Notes under the pieces: generated by a model
The model's input: the letters and a program-made list of their open reading frames with translations, nothing else
What the model was told of the DNA's origin: nothing
Databases searched by the model: none
Assembly (NCBI GenBank): GCA_021797815.1
Contig: JAJZYZ010000006.1
Location: 9,695-73,694, forward strand
Reading direction: 5' to 3'
Origin: Bacillota bacterium
GTDB lineage: Bacteria > Bacillota > Sulfobacillia > Sulfobacillales > JAIMBI01
Length of the DNA stretch: 64,000 bases
Made by a program: the position numbers and the translations under genes
Shown here: piece by piece, positions 9,164 to 18,697 of the stretch
How positions within the stretch are numbered: the stretch's first letter is position 1
Layout of the letters: each line of letters begins with the position of its first letter

Positions 9164-9649
9164 TTACCACTCGGTCCCCTCCTCGTCTCCGACAGGGTCT
9201 CCCGGCATGTCGGCCATCGCCCTGGCTATGACCCCAGCCGAGAACCCGAGCCGTAAAAGCCGGCGGACCAGACGATCGCGCGCACGTCGATCGCGGGGAA
9301 CACCCTCTCTTGATATTACCCCTCTCACGGCCTGACGCGCGCGATCTTCAACTTCCGCCGGTAAAAGGGCCGCCAGGACCTCTCGGGCCACCGCGGGATC
9401 CACGCCCCGCTGACGGAGACGAGCCGAGAGCCTTCCCGGACCAAGACGCCGGCGGGACGCCTCGCTGGCCTCGGAATCGGCGACCGCCTGGTCGGAGAGC
9501 CAGCGATTCTGGGTGAGGCGCTCAAGCACGGCCTCCGCGTCCTCCACCCCGGCCCGCTGGAGACGGGCCCGAACCTCGGCGCGTGTCAGCGCGCGTCGCG
9601 AGAGCCAGCGAAGGGCCGCCTTGTACCCTTCGTCACTGCTTGTCAACAT
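9164..9649 (-). CDS. recX: RecA regulator RecX
   Basis: Repeated helical RecX pattern [34 protein letters not shown]...[15 protein letters not shown]. Start taken at the internal ATG (MLTSSDEGY), which overlaps the recA end. The track ORF starts at 9709. Confidence 0.8.
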   Translation of the reverse strand: MLTSSDEGYKAALRWLSRRALTRAEVRARLQRAGVEDAEAVLERLTQNRWLSDQAVADSEASEASRRRLGPGRLSARLRQRGVDPAVAREVLAALLPAEVEDRARQAVRGVISREGVPRDRRARDRLVRRLLRLGFSAGVIARAMADMPGDPVGDEEGTEW

Positions 9650-10658
9650 CCGCGTTCGAGGCCTCGGGCGCGGGAACCAGCGGCGCCCGCACCTTGCCTT
9701 CAATCTCACGGGCCAGATCGGGGTTCTCCTTCAGGAAGTCACGCGCACTCTCACGGCCCTGCCCGAGCCTGAGGTCACCATACGAATACCAGGCTCCACT
9801 CTTCTGCACAAAGCCGCCATCGGTGGCCATGTCGAGAAGACTCCCCTCGCGGGAAATGCCTTCACCGTATAGGATGTCAAATTCTGCTTGACGGAACGGC
9901 GGGGCCACCTTGTTCTTGACCACCTTGACGCGGGTGCGGTTGCCGATTACGTCATTGCCGCTCTTCAAGGTCTCGGCCCGCCGCACCTCAAGCCGCACCG
10001 AGGCGTAAAACTTGAGTGCGCGACCCCCGGGCGTGGTTTCGGGGTTGCCGAACATCACGCCGACTTTCTCCCGGATCTGGTTGATGAAAATGGCGATGGT
10101 GTGGGATTTCGAGATAGCCCCGGTCAGCTTCCGCAAGGCCTGGCTCATGAGCCGCGCCTGGAGTCCGACGTGGGCGTCTCCCATTTCCCCTTCAATTTCG
10201 GCTCGGGGCACCAGGGCCGCGACGGAGTCCACCACGACGACGTCCACCGCGCCGGAGCGGACCAGAGCCTCGGCTATCTCAAGGGCCTGCTCGCCGGTGT
10301 CCGGCTGGGAAATGAGGAGGTGGTCGATGTCCACGCCCACACGCGCCGCATACCCGGGATCGAGCGCATGCTCCGCGTCGATAAAGGCCGCGATGCCGCC
10401 GTTGCGCTGAGCTTCGGCAATGACGTGCAGGGCGACGGTGGTCTTGCCGGATGACTCCTGGCCGAAAATCTCGACCACCCGGCCACGGGGCAGACCCCCG
10501 ACCCCGAGCGCCAGATCGAGAGCGAGCGCGCCGGTCGAGATGACCTCCACGGTCATCCGTCCGGCCGCCTCGCCCATCCGCATGATGGACCCCTTGCCAA
10601 ACTGCTTTTCAATCTGGGCCAGGGCAAGGTCCAGTGCCTTCTCGCGCTCCATCGCCAT
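9633..10658 (-). CDS. recA: recombinase RecA
   Basis: [40 protein letters not shown] (Walker A) and [32 protein letters not shown]6-ATG precedes the start. Confidence 0.97.
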   Translation of the reverse strand: MAMEREKALDLALAQIEKQFGKGSIMRMGEAAGRMTVEVISTGALALDLALGVGGLPRGRVVEIFGQESSGKTTVALHVIAEAQRNGGIAAFIDAEHALDPGYAARVGVDIDHLLISQPDTGEQALEIAEALVRSGAVDVVVVDSVAALVPRAEIEGEMGDAHVGLQARLMSQALRKLTGAISKSHTIAIFINQIREKVGVMFGNPETTPGGRALKFYASVRLEVRRAETLKSGNDVIGNRTRVKVVKNKVAPPFRQAEFDILYGEGISREGSLLDMATDGGFVQKSGAWYSYGDLRLGQGRESARDFLKENPDLAREIEGKVRAPLVPAPEASNADVDKQ

Positions 10659-10687
10659 CGGGCGTCCTCCCTCGGCTTGAATCGCGA

Positions 10688-12298
10688 CTATATTCGCGGT
10701 CGTCCCACAGACTCCTCCCGCGGCCGCGCCGGCTCCATGTTGACCGGCTTGCCGCGGATCGACAGGTGCTGCTGCGAGCCCAGCACCTTCTCGGCCACGT
10801 CTACAGGAACTTCCACGAACGTGAAGCGATCGTAGATGTCAATGAGCCCGATGACGCTGCCAGCGATGCCGGAGGCTTCGGCGATGCCGCGCACGATGTC
10901 CGAGGGCCCGACCCGATCGATGCGGCCGAGACTCATGAAAATCCGCACCATGCCTCGTTCGGCGCCGGTGTCGCCAAACGTCGCGGTCTCCTTGGTCTCG
11001 CGTCCCCGGTCGTTCAACAGCCTGAGCGCGGCTGCCGCCACATCCACACTGTCGTAGTCGTCGGCCAGCTCCAGCGCCACCTCACGGTACTCGGGCAGCA
11101 CACCCCGCTCAATCTCCTCGGCCAGCCGGGCGCGAAGCGCCTCCCGTTGCTTTTCGGCCACGTCGGCCGGACTGGGCACGGGGCGGCGGGCGATATGGAT
11201 CCGGAGCACCCGCTCCATCATCCGGATCTGCCGGAGTTCTTTAGGATGAACCATGCTGATGGCCGTCCCCGACCGTCCCGCCCGGCCGGTGCGGCCGATG
11301 CGGTGGACATATCCTTCCAGCTCCTGCGGCAGGTCGTAGTTCACCACATGGGTCACGTTCTCGATGTCGAGTCCGCGGGCCGCAACGTCGGTGGCCACTA
11401 AGATCTCGGTCGAGCCATCCTTAAAACGCTTCAACACACGCAGACGCTGGGTCTGGTTCAGATCGCCGTGCAGGGCCTCGGAGGAATAGCCGCGGGCCTG
11501 AAGGGCCTCGGTCAACTCGTCGACGCGGCGCTTGGTCCGACAGAACACGATGGCGCGCTCCGCACCCTCCACATCCAGCACCCGTGACAGGGTCTCCGCC
11601 TTTTCGTGCTCGCGCACCTCGTAGTACCACTGTTCGGTCTGCGGAACGGTCAGCCGTTCCGGATTGATCACCACATGGGCAGGGTCATGCAGATAGCGCT
11701 GGGCCAGCCGCGCGATAGGCGGCGGGACCGTGGCCGAGAAGAGGAGCGTCTGCCGTTCCTCCGGCAGCTGCTGGAGAATAAACTCCACGTCCTCGATGAA
11801 CCCCATGTCGAGCATCTCGTCAGCCTCGTCCAGAACCACCATGCGGACCTGGTCAAGCTTCAGAGTGCCGCGGTGAATGTGGTCTATGACGCGGCCGGGC
11901 GTCCCGATCGCCACCTGCACCCCGTGCTCCAGCGCCCGGATCTGACGGTCATAGGACTGCCCGCCGAAAATCGGCAGCACCCGCAGCACGGTGTGGCGGC
12001 CAATCTTGGTCAACTCCTCGGCCACCTGCACCGCGAGCTCGCGGGTCGGCGCCAGCACCAAGGCCTGTACCCGGCGGCTTCGGTGGTCGATGCGTTCCAC
12101 GATCGGAATACCGAAGGCGGCCGTCTTGCCCGTCCCGGTCTGTGCCTGTCCGATGAGATCCCGGCCTTCCATGATGGTCGGGATGGTCTGTGCCTGAATC
12201 GGTGATGGTTCCTCGAACCCCATATCCTGGACGGCGCGCATGACTGCCGCGCTTAGCCCCATATCCTTAAATCCGCCCACAACCGTATCTGACGTCAT
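10688..12298 (-). CDS. DEAD-box ATP-dependent RNA helicase with C-terminal DbpA-type RNA-binding domain
   Basis: [11 protein letters not shown] (motif I), VLDEADEML (DEAD), SATVPP (III), [13 protein letters not shown] (VI) and a C-terminal [23 protein letters not shown] domain. Confidence 0.9.
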   Translation of the reverse strand: MTSDTVVGGFKDMGLSAAVMRAVQDMGFEEPSPIQAQTIPTIMEGRDLIGQAQTGTGKTAAFGIPIVERIDHRSRRVQALVLAPTRELAVQVAEELTKIGRHTVLRVLPIFGGQSYDRQIRALEHGVQVAIGTPGRVIDHIHRGTLKLDQVRMVVLDEADEMLDMGFIEDVEFILQQLPEERQTLLFSATVPPPIARLAQRYLHDPAHVVINPERLTVPQTEQWYYEVREHEKAETLSRVLDVEGAERAIVFCRTKRRVDELTEALQARGYSSEALHGDLNQTQRLRVLKRFKDGSTEILVATDVAARGLDIENVTHVVNYDLPQELEGYVHRIGRTGRAGRSGTAISMVHPKELRQIRMMERVLRIHIARRPVPSPADVAEKQREALRARLAEEIERGVLPEYREVALELADDYDSVDVAAAALRLLNDRGRETKETATFGDTGAERGMVRIFMSLGRIDRVGPSDIVRGIAEASGIAGSVIGLIDIYDRFTFVEVPVDVAEKVLGSQQHLSIRGKPVNMEPARPREESVGRPRI

Positions 12299-13554
12299 CT
12301 GTCATCCTCACTATCTAAATTGGGGCCAGTAACGAGCTCCCTGGCCAAAAGAAAACGGGCCGTCTCTGCCGCAGCCAGGCGTACGACTTCCCGGCCGGAC
12401 CTCGTTCGGCGCCGATGAACCACGGTGCCGCTTGGTCCCGCCACCGCGCAATAGTATGTGCCCACGGGATCGCTCTTCGTTCCTCCTGACGGTCCGGCGT
12501 ATCCGGTCAGTCCGAGCCCCCACGTTGCCCCGGCGCGGAGGCGGCTGAGCTCTGCCAAAGACCGCGCCACCGGTTCGCTGACCGCCCCGGCCGTTTGCAG
12601 AAGGCGCGGATCGATGCCCAACCGAACTTTAGCCTCGTCAGTATACACAACCTGTCCATCGAGGACCACCGAGGACGCTCCCGCAATGGCGGTAAGCTCG
12701 GCCGCCAGCATCCCTCCGGTCAGGGACTCCGCCAGACTCAAGGTCTCCCCGCGGAGGGCCAGAGCCTCGATCAGGCGCTTGGGCGTGATGGGCACCGCAT
12801 CATCATAGAGGGGAAGCGGGACGCGCGCCCGCGCCAAAGCACCCGCACGGGCCAGAAGCTCCCGGGTCTTTTCGGCATCGTCGCCGAGAGCCGCCTCCAG
12901 ACGGAGCTCAACCACGCCCGGTCGCACGTACACACCGGCGCGCAGCGCCGGGGAGGTCAGCAGATCGCCAAGATGATGCGCAAACTCTGACTCGGCCATC
13001 CCGTAACAGCGCCATGTCGCGCGCACGATGCGGCGTCCGGTGCGGCGCTCCACCTCTTTCATCAGGCTATCGGCCACGTCCCGGCATTCCCACGGGGGAC
13101 CCGGCAGCAGCGCAACCGCCTTTTCCTGGCGGATCAGCAGTTGCCCCGGCGCCGTGCCGACGTTATTGGGAAGCACCATCGCCGTGTCCAGAACCAGACT
13201 TTGCCGCCGAATGGAGTCCTCGCTGCCAGGATGACTGGAGTGCCTCGCGCGCACGCGCGCCTCAAGCTCCGCGTCCACGGCCATCTCTACGCCGAGAGCG
13301 GCCGCCACTCCATTGCGGGTGCGGTCATCCGGTGTCGGCCCGAGTCCTCCCACCATGACCACGAGGTCCACCGATTCCCAGGCCTGCAAGAGCGTGTCTC
13401 GGATGGCTTGCTCATCGTCCGGAACCAGTATCTGCCGCGTCACCCGCGAACCGGCCGCCAAGAGGGCCTGACCGATGAAGGCGCCGTTGGTGTTGAGGAC
13501 CTCACCGGTCAGAACCTCGTCCCCAACGGCGACGATCGCGCTCGTCTCCCACAC
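12295..13554 (-). CDS. cinA: competence/damage-inducible protein CinA (MoCF-like domain plus nicotinamide-nucleotide amidase domain)
   Basis: N-terminal AIVAVGDEVLTGEVLNTNG and C-terminal LSLAESLTGGMLAAELT. The stop overlaps the helicase start (ATGA-type overlap). Confidence 0.9.
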   Translation of the reverse strand: MWETSAIVAVGDEVLTGEVLNTNGAFIGQALLAAGSRVTRQILVPDDEQAIRDTLLQAWESVDLVVMVGGLGPTPDDRTRNGVAAALGVEMAVDAELEARVRARHSSHPGSEDSIRRQSLVLDTAMVLPNNVGTAPGQLLIRQEKAVALLPGPPWECRDVADSLMKEVERRTGRRIVRATWRCYGMAESEFAHHLGDLLTSPALRAGVYVRPGVVELRLEAALGDDAEKTRELLARAGALARARVPLPLYDDAVPITPKRLIEALALRGETLSLAESLTGGMLAAELTAIAGASSVVLDGQVVYTDEAKVRLGIDPRLLQTAGAVSEPVARSLAELSRLRAGATWGLGLTGYAGPSGGTKSDPVGTYYCAVAGPSGTVVHRRRTRSGREVVRLAAAETARFLLARELVTGPNLDSEDDR

Positions 13555-14236
13555 CGGGCAGGCCCCCCGCCGCGTCCTTTTCCTCTATCTTACTGGTTTT
13601 GGAGCAGGGCTTGAGACGCGGGCCGGACCTTCCAATCGGTCCCGGTGACAGTTGTATGCCGGCGGCGGTGCGGGACCCGCGCCGTCACCGGTTCCATTCC
13701 CTTGACGCACCGAGCCTCACCGGCTCCCGCAGGGATCCCCGCGGCCGGTCAGCGTTGTTGAGACATCGTGGAAATGGCGAGGTCGGCCGCATCATCAAAG
13801 CCGCCAGAGCCACCAAGGAACGAGTCCCCGGGGCCCGCGGTCTTCCTTTTGGTTTCGAAGAGGGACACGGCGCCGTCACCGCCTCGAGGTGCTCCCCTGC
13901 CTCTCGTGCCCAAGCCCGCGCCCTGACGGAGAATCCCCGTGAGCACCACCCGCCCGATCGCGAGCGTCATCTTCGAGCCCGGGCGGACCCGCCGCAGGGG
14001 TGACGCTGAAAAGACGGGGCGCCATGGCTAACGCTCGCCAACAGCCTCTTAGGACGAAGAGAAAAGATGAGGGCCCTGTGGTGCGCCCTCGGCACGCTTG
14101 CGATCGCGCGCGCCTTGGGGCGCGGCGTCCGGAAGCCCCACCGCCGAGAGTGTGGTGGGGAGACAGCACGGCCGGGTCGTCCGTGCGGGCCTGGCGGCCC
14201 GCTCCGGTCCGGAACGCCACAGATCGTGGCCCGCCT

Positions 14237-15505
14237 TCAGTCCCCGGCGGCCTGCGCGTCGGCATTCTTCTCCAGGAGGCGCTCCCGGCGCGCTTCGGGA
14301 ACCAGCGAGGTCAGCGACATCGCGGCGGTCAGCAGGAGGACCACTGTGAGTGCCCAAAGCGCCCGACCCGCCCCGAACACCTCGGCCACGAGCCCCGCAC
14401 CCAGCACCGACACGACGCTGGCGACGCCGAGTCCAATGCCGCGAGCCACGAAAACCCGTCCGCGAACCGCCGCCGGCACCACCGCCAGAAGCCATCCGCG
14501 GGTCGGCGCATTGACCAGGGCGACCCCGATTCCGGCCACGATCGAAAACAACAAATCGACGACAATCAGGCGTCCGGTCGCGAGACCGGCGTCCGACGCT
14601 CCCAGCAGGAAGAAGCCGAGACCAATCACCCAGGGGTAGTACCGGCGCTGGCGGAGCCGGTCTCCCAGGATGGCGGATCCACCGAGCACCCCCGCCGCCT
14701 GGGCGGCCAGAAGCCAGCCCAGATTCGCTTCGGGACGGTGCAGGATGGTCCGTATCAAGGTGGCGGTCAGGAGATTCAGGCCCTCCAGTCCGACCGCGCC
14801 GGCGATGCCGAGCCACAAGAACTTCTGGACCAGCGGATGGTCGCGATAATACTCGAACCCGCCGCGCAGCTCCGCGCGAAAACGAACCCAGAAGTCGGAT
14901 GCATGCACCGAGGCTCCTTCGGTGTGCGCGCCGGTGGGCAGGACCAGGCCGACGAGCGCCACCGCCGCGACCGCGTAGGAGAGACCGTCGCCCAGAAACG
15001 TCGGCTTGAGACCGATGCGCGCCAGGAGGGCGATGCCGAGCAGATAGGCCGGAATATCCATTGCGCTGGTGCCGGCGTTGATGGCGGCGGAGGCAGCCGT
15101 AAGCCGCCCCTCCCCCACAATGTCCGGCAGGACCGCGCGTTGATTGGGGGTGTAGAGGAGCCCGATGCATTGACTCAAGAAGACGACCACGAACGCCCAC
15201 CACAGATGCCCCACGAAGGGGATCGAGGCCACCAGGACCGCTCTGACTATATCGCCGACCACCATGGTGCGTCGTCGGTCCCAGCGATCGACGAACCCGC
15301 CGGCGAGCCACCCGAAAAGGACCGGAGGAAGGGTGCTGAGGGCCAGTACGGTTGCGTAGGCCAGCGGTTTTCCGCCGGAGACTCGGAAGGCAAATACAGC
15401 CAGGGCGATTTCTGTGAGATTGGAACCGGCTTTCGACACGACCTGGCTGAACCAGAGGCGACGGAAGTTGGCCGATCGATACACGGATTCGGCACGTCCG
15501 GCCAT
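14237..15505 (-). CDS. MFS transporter
   Basis: About 12 hydrophobic helices; the N-terminus YRSANFRRLWFSQVVSKAGSNLTEIAL resembles the EntS/DUF894-type MFS. Start moved to ATG 15505 (AGGGGG-N6-ATG). The track ORF starts at 15673. Confidence 0.8.
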   Translation of the reverse strand: MAGRAESVYRSANFRRLWFSQVVSKAGSNLTEIALAVFAFRVSGGKPLAYATVLALSTLPPVLFGWLAGGFVDRWDRRRTMVVGDIVRAVLVASIPFVGHLWWAFVVVFLSQCIGLLYTPNQRAVLPDIVGEGRLTAASAAINAGTSAMDIPAYLLGIALLARIGLKPTFLGDGLSYAVAAVALVGLVLPTGAHTEGASVHASDFWVRFRAELRGGFEYYRDHPLVQKFLWLGIAGAVGLEGLNLLTATLIRTILHRPEANLGWLLAAQAAGVLGGSAILGDRLRQRRYYPWVIGLGFFLLGASDAGLATGRLIVVDLLFSIVAGIGVALVNAPTRGWLLAVVPAAVRGRVFVARGIGLGVASVVSVLGAGLVAEVFGAGRALWALTVVLLLTAAMSLTSLVPEARRERLLEKNADAQAAGD

Positions 15506-16430
15506 TACTTGCCCCCTGAATGGAGAAATTCTGGAAACCGGGCCAATTTCCTCTCCAATCCAGACCCGGCGCCTAGACTTCTTGGGTCTAAGACACCGGG
15601 ATATGGGCGCGGCGAGAAGCCTGGGAGCCCGGATCCGCCCTTGTGCCTGGCCCGCCCATTTGATGCCGTACACGCGCCGGCCCTGGCATTTCCGTCGCGA
15701 GTGGGGCTCGGTCCATCTCCTCCCGAACCTGAATCCGTCCGCCCTGATGAGCGTCGGTGACCGTCATTCGCCGCGGGAGGCCGTCACGGCCATCGGGGCT
15801 CCCTGCCCGTTTCGACATCTCCGCGCGGGGCGGGACGGCGAATAGGGAACTCACCCTGGTCGGCGTGAGTACGCTCGCCGCCATCCCCCTATCCCGGGCA
15901 TGGGCGATGGCGCGCCGTCGTGGGGTCGGCACGAGGTCCAAGATGCGTCTCCAGGCGCAAGTCAGGGCGTGGGCCATGCCCACTCCTCCGCTTTCAGCCG
16001 TGCCGCCGCAGCCGAAGGCTTCGCCCGTATCCCGTACCTTGTCGGCACGACTGCCGAGGGAGCCATGATGGTCCGGCGACCCCTACGTAGGATCCGCGAT
16101 GTCCGGGAGCCGCCGTCTTCGACGGGATAAGGCCGGAGTCGGCGCAGCGTGCGGCCCCTGTTTAATGGAACCGAGCCGGTGATGCCATTCTTCTTCTTGC
16201 GGCCTGTGTCAGTACGCACAGGAGCCTCGAACGGTCGAGCGCCATCGAGCCACCCTCGGCGAGGGCTGCCGGCTCGTCACCCCGCGGCCACGCGGGACGG
16301 GTGTGTGCCGGCCCGCGAGCGCACGTACTCCAGAGAACGCTTGCAAGGCGGCGCTCCGCATCCGCCTTGCGGGCGTCTTCGCGATCCCACTTGGCTAACC
16401 GTCAGGGGGATGGGTGAGCATGCCCTCAAC

Positions 16431-16469
16431 GCCGGCAGTGATGGCTTCGCGGAACCCGTCACTGCCGGC
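16431..16469 (-). terminator. 11-bp perfect inverted repeat (GCCGGCAGTGA-N17-TCACTGCCGGC) just downstream of rodZ; possible U-tract-less terminator or protein-binding site
   Basis: Arms read at 16431-16441 and 16459-16469, 16 nt after the rodZ stop. No T-run follows. Confidence 0.3.
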
Positions 16470-16484
16470 GGAAGGTCTCAAGCA

Positions 16485-17324
16485 TCAAGGTGTGGTCTCA
16501 ATCAGGAGGTTCCGGACGGTGCCCTGACTTATGGGTCCCAGCGTTTTGCCATTGACCGTCGCCGCCACGACTCCCGGATTGCCAAGCCGCACTTCCACAG
16601 ATTGAGACCCCGACACGCTGAAGGTCTGCCCGGACGTGTAGGTGTGGCCGTACGGATTGCTCGTGACCCCGTTCACCCACACCTCCACCCAGCAGTTTCC
16701 GTTGAAGGCCAACGTCAGGGACGGAGTCGCGTTCTTGATCGTCATGGTGAGCTGACTCGGCGTGTCCACGGTGGTGGCCAGGGCGGGGCCGGAACTGGCG
16801 GCGGCGCGGTGGTGGTGCCGCTTCGAGTGGTGGGAGACATGCGTCTCGGACGAGGCTGCCGCCGGTGCCACGGGCGTGTGGTGGTGGAGGCCGTAGACAA
16901 TCGCGACCAGGATGAGGATCAGAACGACCGCCGCCGCGGCAACCCCGCCCGGGCGTGGTGGACGAACCGACGTTCGCCGGGAACGTTCCCGGACCACCGG
17001 CACGGGCGGCGCCTCGAATGTCGGGGGCGGCGGCGCGGAGGTCGTCAGCGACCCGGGTTCCGCTGCCTGCTCCGCGAGCCGGGCGCGCCAGGTGCGCACC
17101 AGACTCTCGGCATCAAGGCCCAGATGGCGTGCGTATGACCGCAGAAAGCCTAACGCGTAGACTTCCGCGGGTAAGAGCTCGATGTCGTCGTCTTCCAGCG
17201 CCGCCAGATAGCGGGTCCGAATTTTGGTGGCGTTCTCGACGTCGCGAAACGTCTCGCCGCGCTCTTCCCGCCGGGCCTTCAAGGTGGCCCCGACGGATGG
17301 GCGGCTCGGATCGTCGACCCCCAT
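16485..17324 (-). CDS. rodZ: cytoskeleton protein RodZ (XRE-type HTH, TM segment, C-terminal DUF4115-like domain)
   Basis: VGATLKARREERGETFRDVENATKIRTRYLAALEDDDIELLPAEVYALGFLRSYARHLGLD, then a Pro-rich linker plus the hydrophobic segment AAAVVLILILVAIVYGL, then the C-terminal GNCWVEVWVNG...VEVRLGNPG. Confidence 0.85.
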   Translation of the reverse strand: MGVDDPSRPSVGATLKARREERGETFRDVENATKIRTRYLAALEDDDIELLPAEVYALGFLRSYARHLGLDAESLVRTWRARLAEQAAEPGSLTTSAPPPPTFEAPPVPVVRERSRRTSVRPPRPGGVAAAAVVLILILVAIVYGLHHHTPVAPAAASSETHVSHHSKRHHHRAAASSGPALATTVDTPSQLTMTIKNATPSLTLAFNGNCWVEVWVNGVTSNPYGHTYTSGQTFSVSGSQSVEVRLGNPGVVAATVNGKTLGPISQGTVRNLLIETTP

Positions 17325-17401
17325 TCCCCCTCCTGTTCCCGGTCTGGTCGCCGCCTTCAGGATGAAAGGCGGCCTCACCGGCGACCGTCCCTATGTACGC
17401 C

Positions 17402-18697
17402 TTAGGGCCACACCCGCGTCAACGTCCGTGCAAACGGTATGGTTTCCCGCACATGCTCCAGCTTGCCAACCCAGGCCACCAGCCGCTCGACGCCGAGCCC
17501 GAATCCGGAGTGCGGCACGCTGCCGTAGCGTCGCAGATCCATGTACCAGTCATAGGTGTCCGCGGGCAGATGATGCTCTTGCAGGCGCCGCGCCAACAGA
17601 TCGGGGCTGTCGATACGCTGGCTCCCCCCAACAATTTCGCCGTAGCCCTCGGGGGCCAGCAGGTCGGCTGCCAGTGCCACCTCTGGACGCAGGGGATCGG
17701 GCTTCATATAGAACGCCTTATGCGCGGCCGGAAAGCGATGGATGAACACCGGCGCGGAGAAGAGGCTCCCCAGATAGGTTTCGTGGGCGGCGCCGAAATC
17801 GTCGCCCCACGAGAGCGGCATGCCGGCCTCCCCGAGCCGCCCGAGCGCCTCGTCGTACGAGAGGCGGGGAAACGGCGGCTGCACTTTCTTCAGGGGATCC
17901 AGATCACGCCCGAGCGTCTCCAGTTCCCGTGACGCGTGACGGAGGACGTCTTCCACCACGTAGCTCACCAGCTCTTCTTGCCAGACCAGGTTCTCGTCGA
18001 AGTCACAGAACGCGATCTCGGGCTCCACCATCCAGAATTCACTGAGGTGCCGACGCGTCTTTGACTTCTCGGCTCGGAAGGTAGGACCGAACGAGTATAC
18101 GCGGCCAAGCGCCATGGCCAGGGCCTCCATGTAGAGCTGGCCGCTCTGGGAGAGATACGCCGCCTCCCCAAAGTAATCGATGCCAAACAGGGTGGTGGTT
18201 CCTTCGGCGGCGGCCGGCGTGATGATGGGGGGGTCCGCAAGGACAAAGCCGTGGTCGTCCAAAAAGGCCCGGATAGCGTGGATGATGCGCGCGCGAAGGC
18301 GCAAGACGGCCGCCTGCCGGGGCGTGCGCACCCATAGATGCCGGTGCTCCATCAGAAAGTCGGTGCCGTGCTCCTTGGGGGTGAGCGGATAGTCGGCCGA
18401 CGCGCCTACGAGCGCCAACTCCCCCACCAGGAGCTCCACCCCCCCGGGCGCCCGTGCATCGGCACGCACCTGGCCCGAGACTCTTACGGCCGCCTCCTGG
18501 GTGAGCGCACGGGTCGCCTCCCAGGTTTCGGCACTCACGGCGTCGGCCCGTACGACCGCCTGCACCTCCCCCGTCCCGTCGCGGATAGCCACAAACTCGA
18601 TGCGTCCCGAGGACCGGTGATGCGTCACCCAACCCAGGACCGTAACCGACTCCGGCTCAAGACCGCTGAGGTCCGCGATCCGCTGCCACTCCTTCAC
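17402..18697 (-). CDS. asnS: asparaginyl-tRNA synthetase
   Basis: Class IIb aaRS with FRAEKSKTRRHLSEFWMVEPEIAF (motif 2) and GFGLGVERLV (motif 3). The N-terminal OB-fold region is present. Confidence 0.93.
   Translation of the reverse strand: MKEWQRIADLSGLEPESVTVLGWVTHHRSSGRIEFVAIRDGTGEVQAVVRADAVSAETWEATRALTQEAAVRVSGQVRADARAPGGVELLVGELALVGASADYPLTPKEHGTDFLMEHRHLWVRTPRQAAVLRLRARIIHAIRAFLDDHGFVLADPPIITPAAAEGTTTLFGIDYFGEAAYLSQSGQLYMEALAMALGRVYSFGPTFRAEKSKTRRHLSEFWMVEPEIAFCDFDENLVWQEELVSYVVEDVLRHASRELETLGRDLDPLKKVQPPFPRLSYDEALGRLGEAGMPLSWGDDFGAAHETYLGSLFSAPVFIHRFPAAHKAFYMKPDPLRPEVALAADLLAPEGYGEIVGGSQRIDSPDLLARRLQEHHLPADTYDWYMDLRRYGSVPHSGFGLGVERLVAWVGKLEHVRETIPFARTLTRVWP

Noticed and set aside
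9601-9840. Apparent +/-1 nt disagreement between my hand counting of the displayed sequence and the ORF-track frames for recA, recX and ORF 9513..9872, which could have been read as a frameshift in recA.
   Set aside because: The track translations of recA, recX and ORF 9513..9872 are continuous and canonical through this stretch, and counts agree again on both sides. I treat it as a counting or formatting artefact and used track coordinates.
13749-13970. 73-aa Gly-rich ORF (MTLAIGRVVLTGILRQGAGLG...) as a real small gene.
   Set aside because: It has no SD and no recognisable family, and third-position GC drops in its second half. It is kept only as a remark inside the spacer finding.
15720-15760. 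TPP-riboswitch-like GAACCTGAATCC on the plus strand.
   Set aside because: There is no CTGAGA element, no pairing partner and no downstream plus-strand gene.
15809-15820. 10-12-mers shared between different spacers: GTTTCGACAT at ~15811 and ~39798, and AGAGGTCGAAGA at ~22680 and ~32338. These were considered as a dispersed repeat or MITE.
   Set aside because: They are single short matches with no extended flanking similarity. Roughly this many chance matches are expected among ~6 kb of spacers.
15588-16060. About 157 codons of open frame on the minus strand in the rodZ-MFS spacer as an intact gene.
   Set aside because: There is no canonical or SD-backed start at its 5' end, and the composition turns Arg/Pro-rich. 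It is at best a pseudogene remnant.
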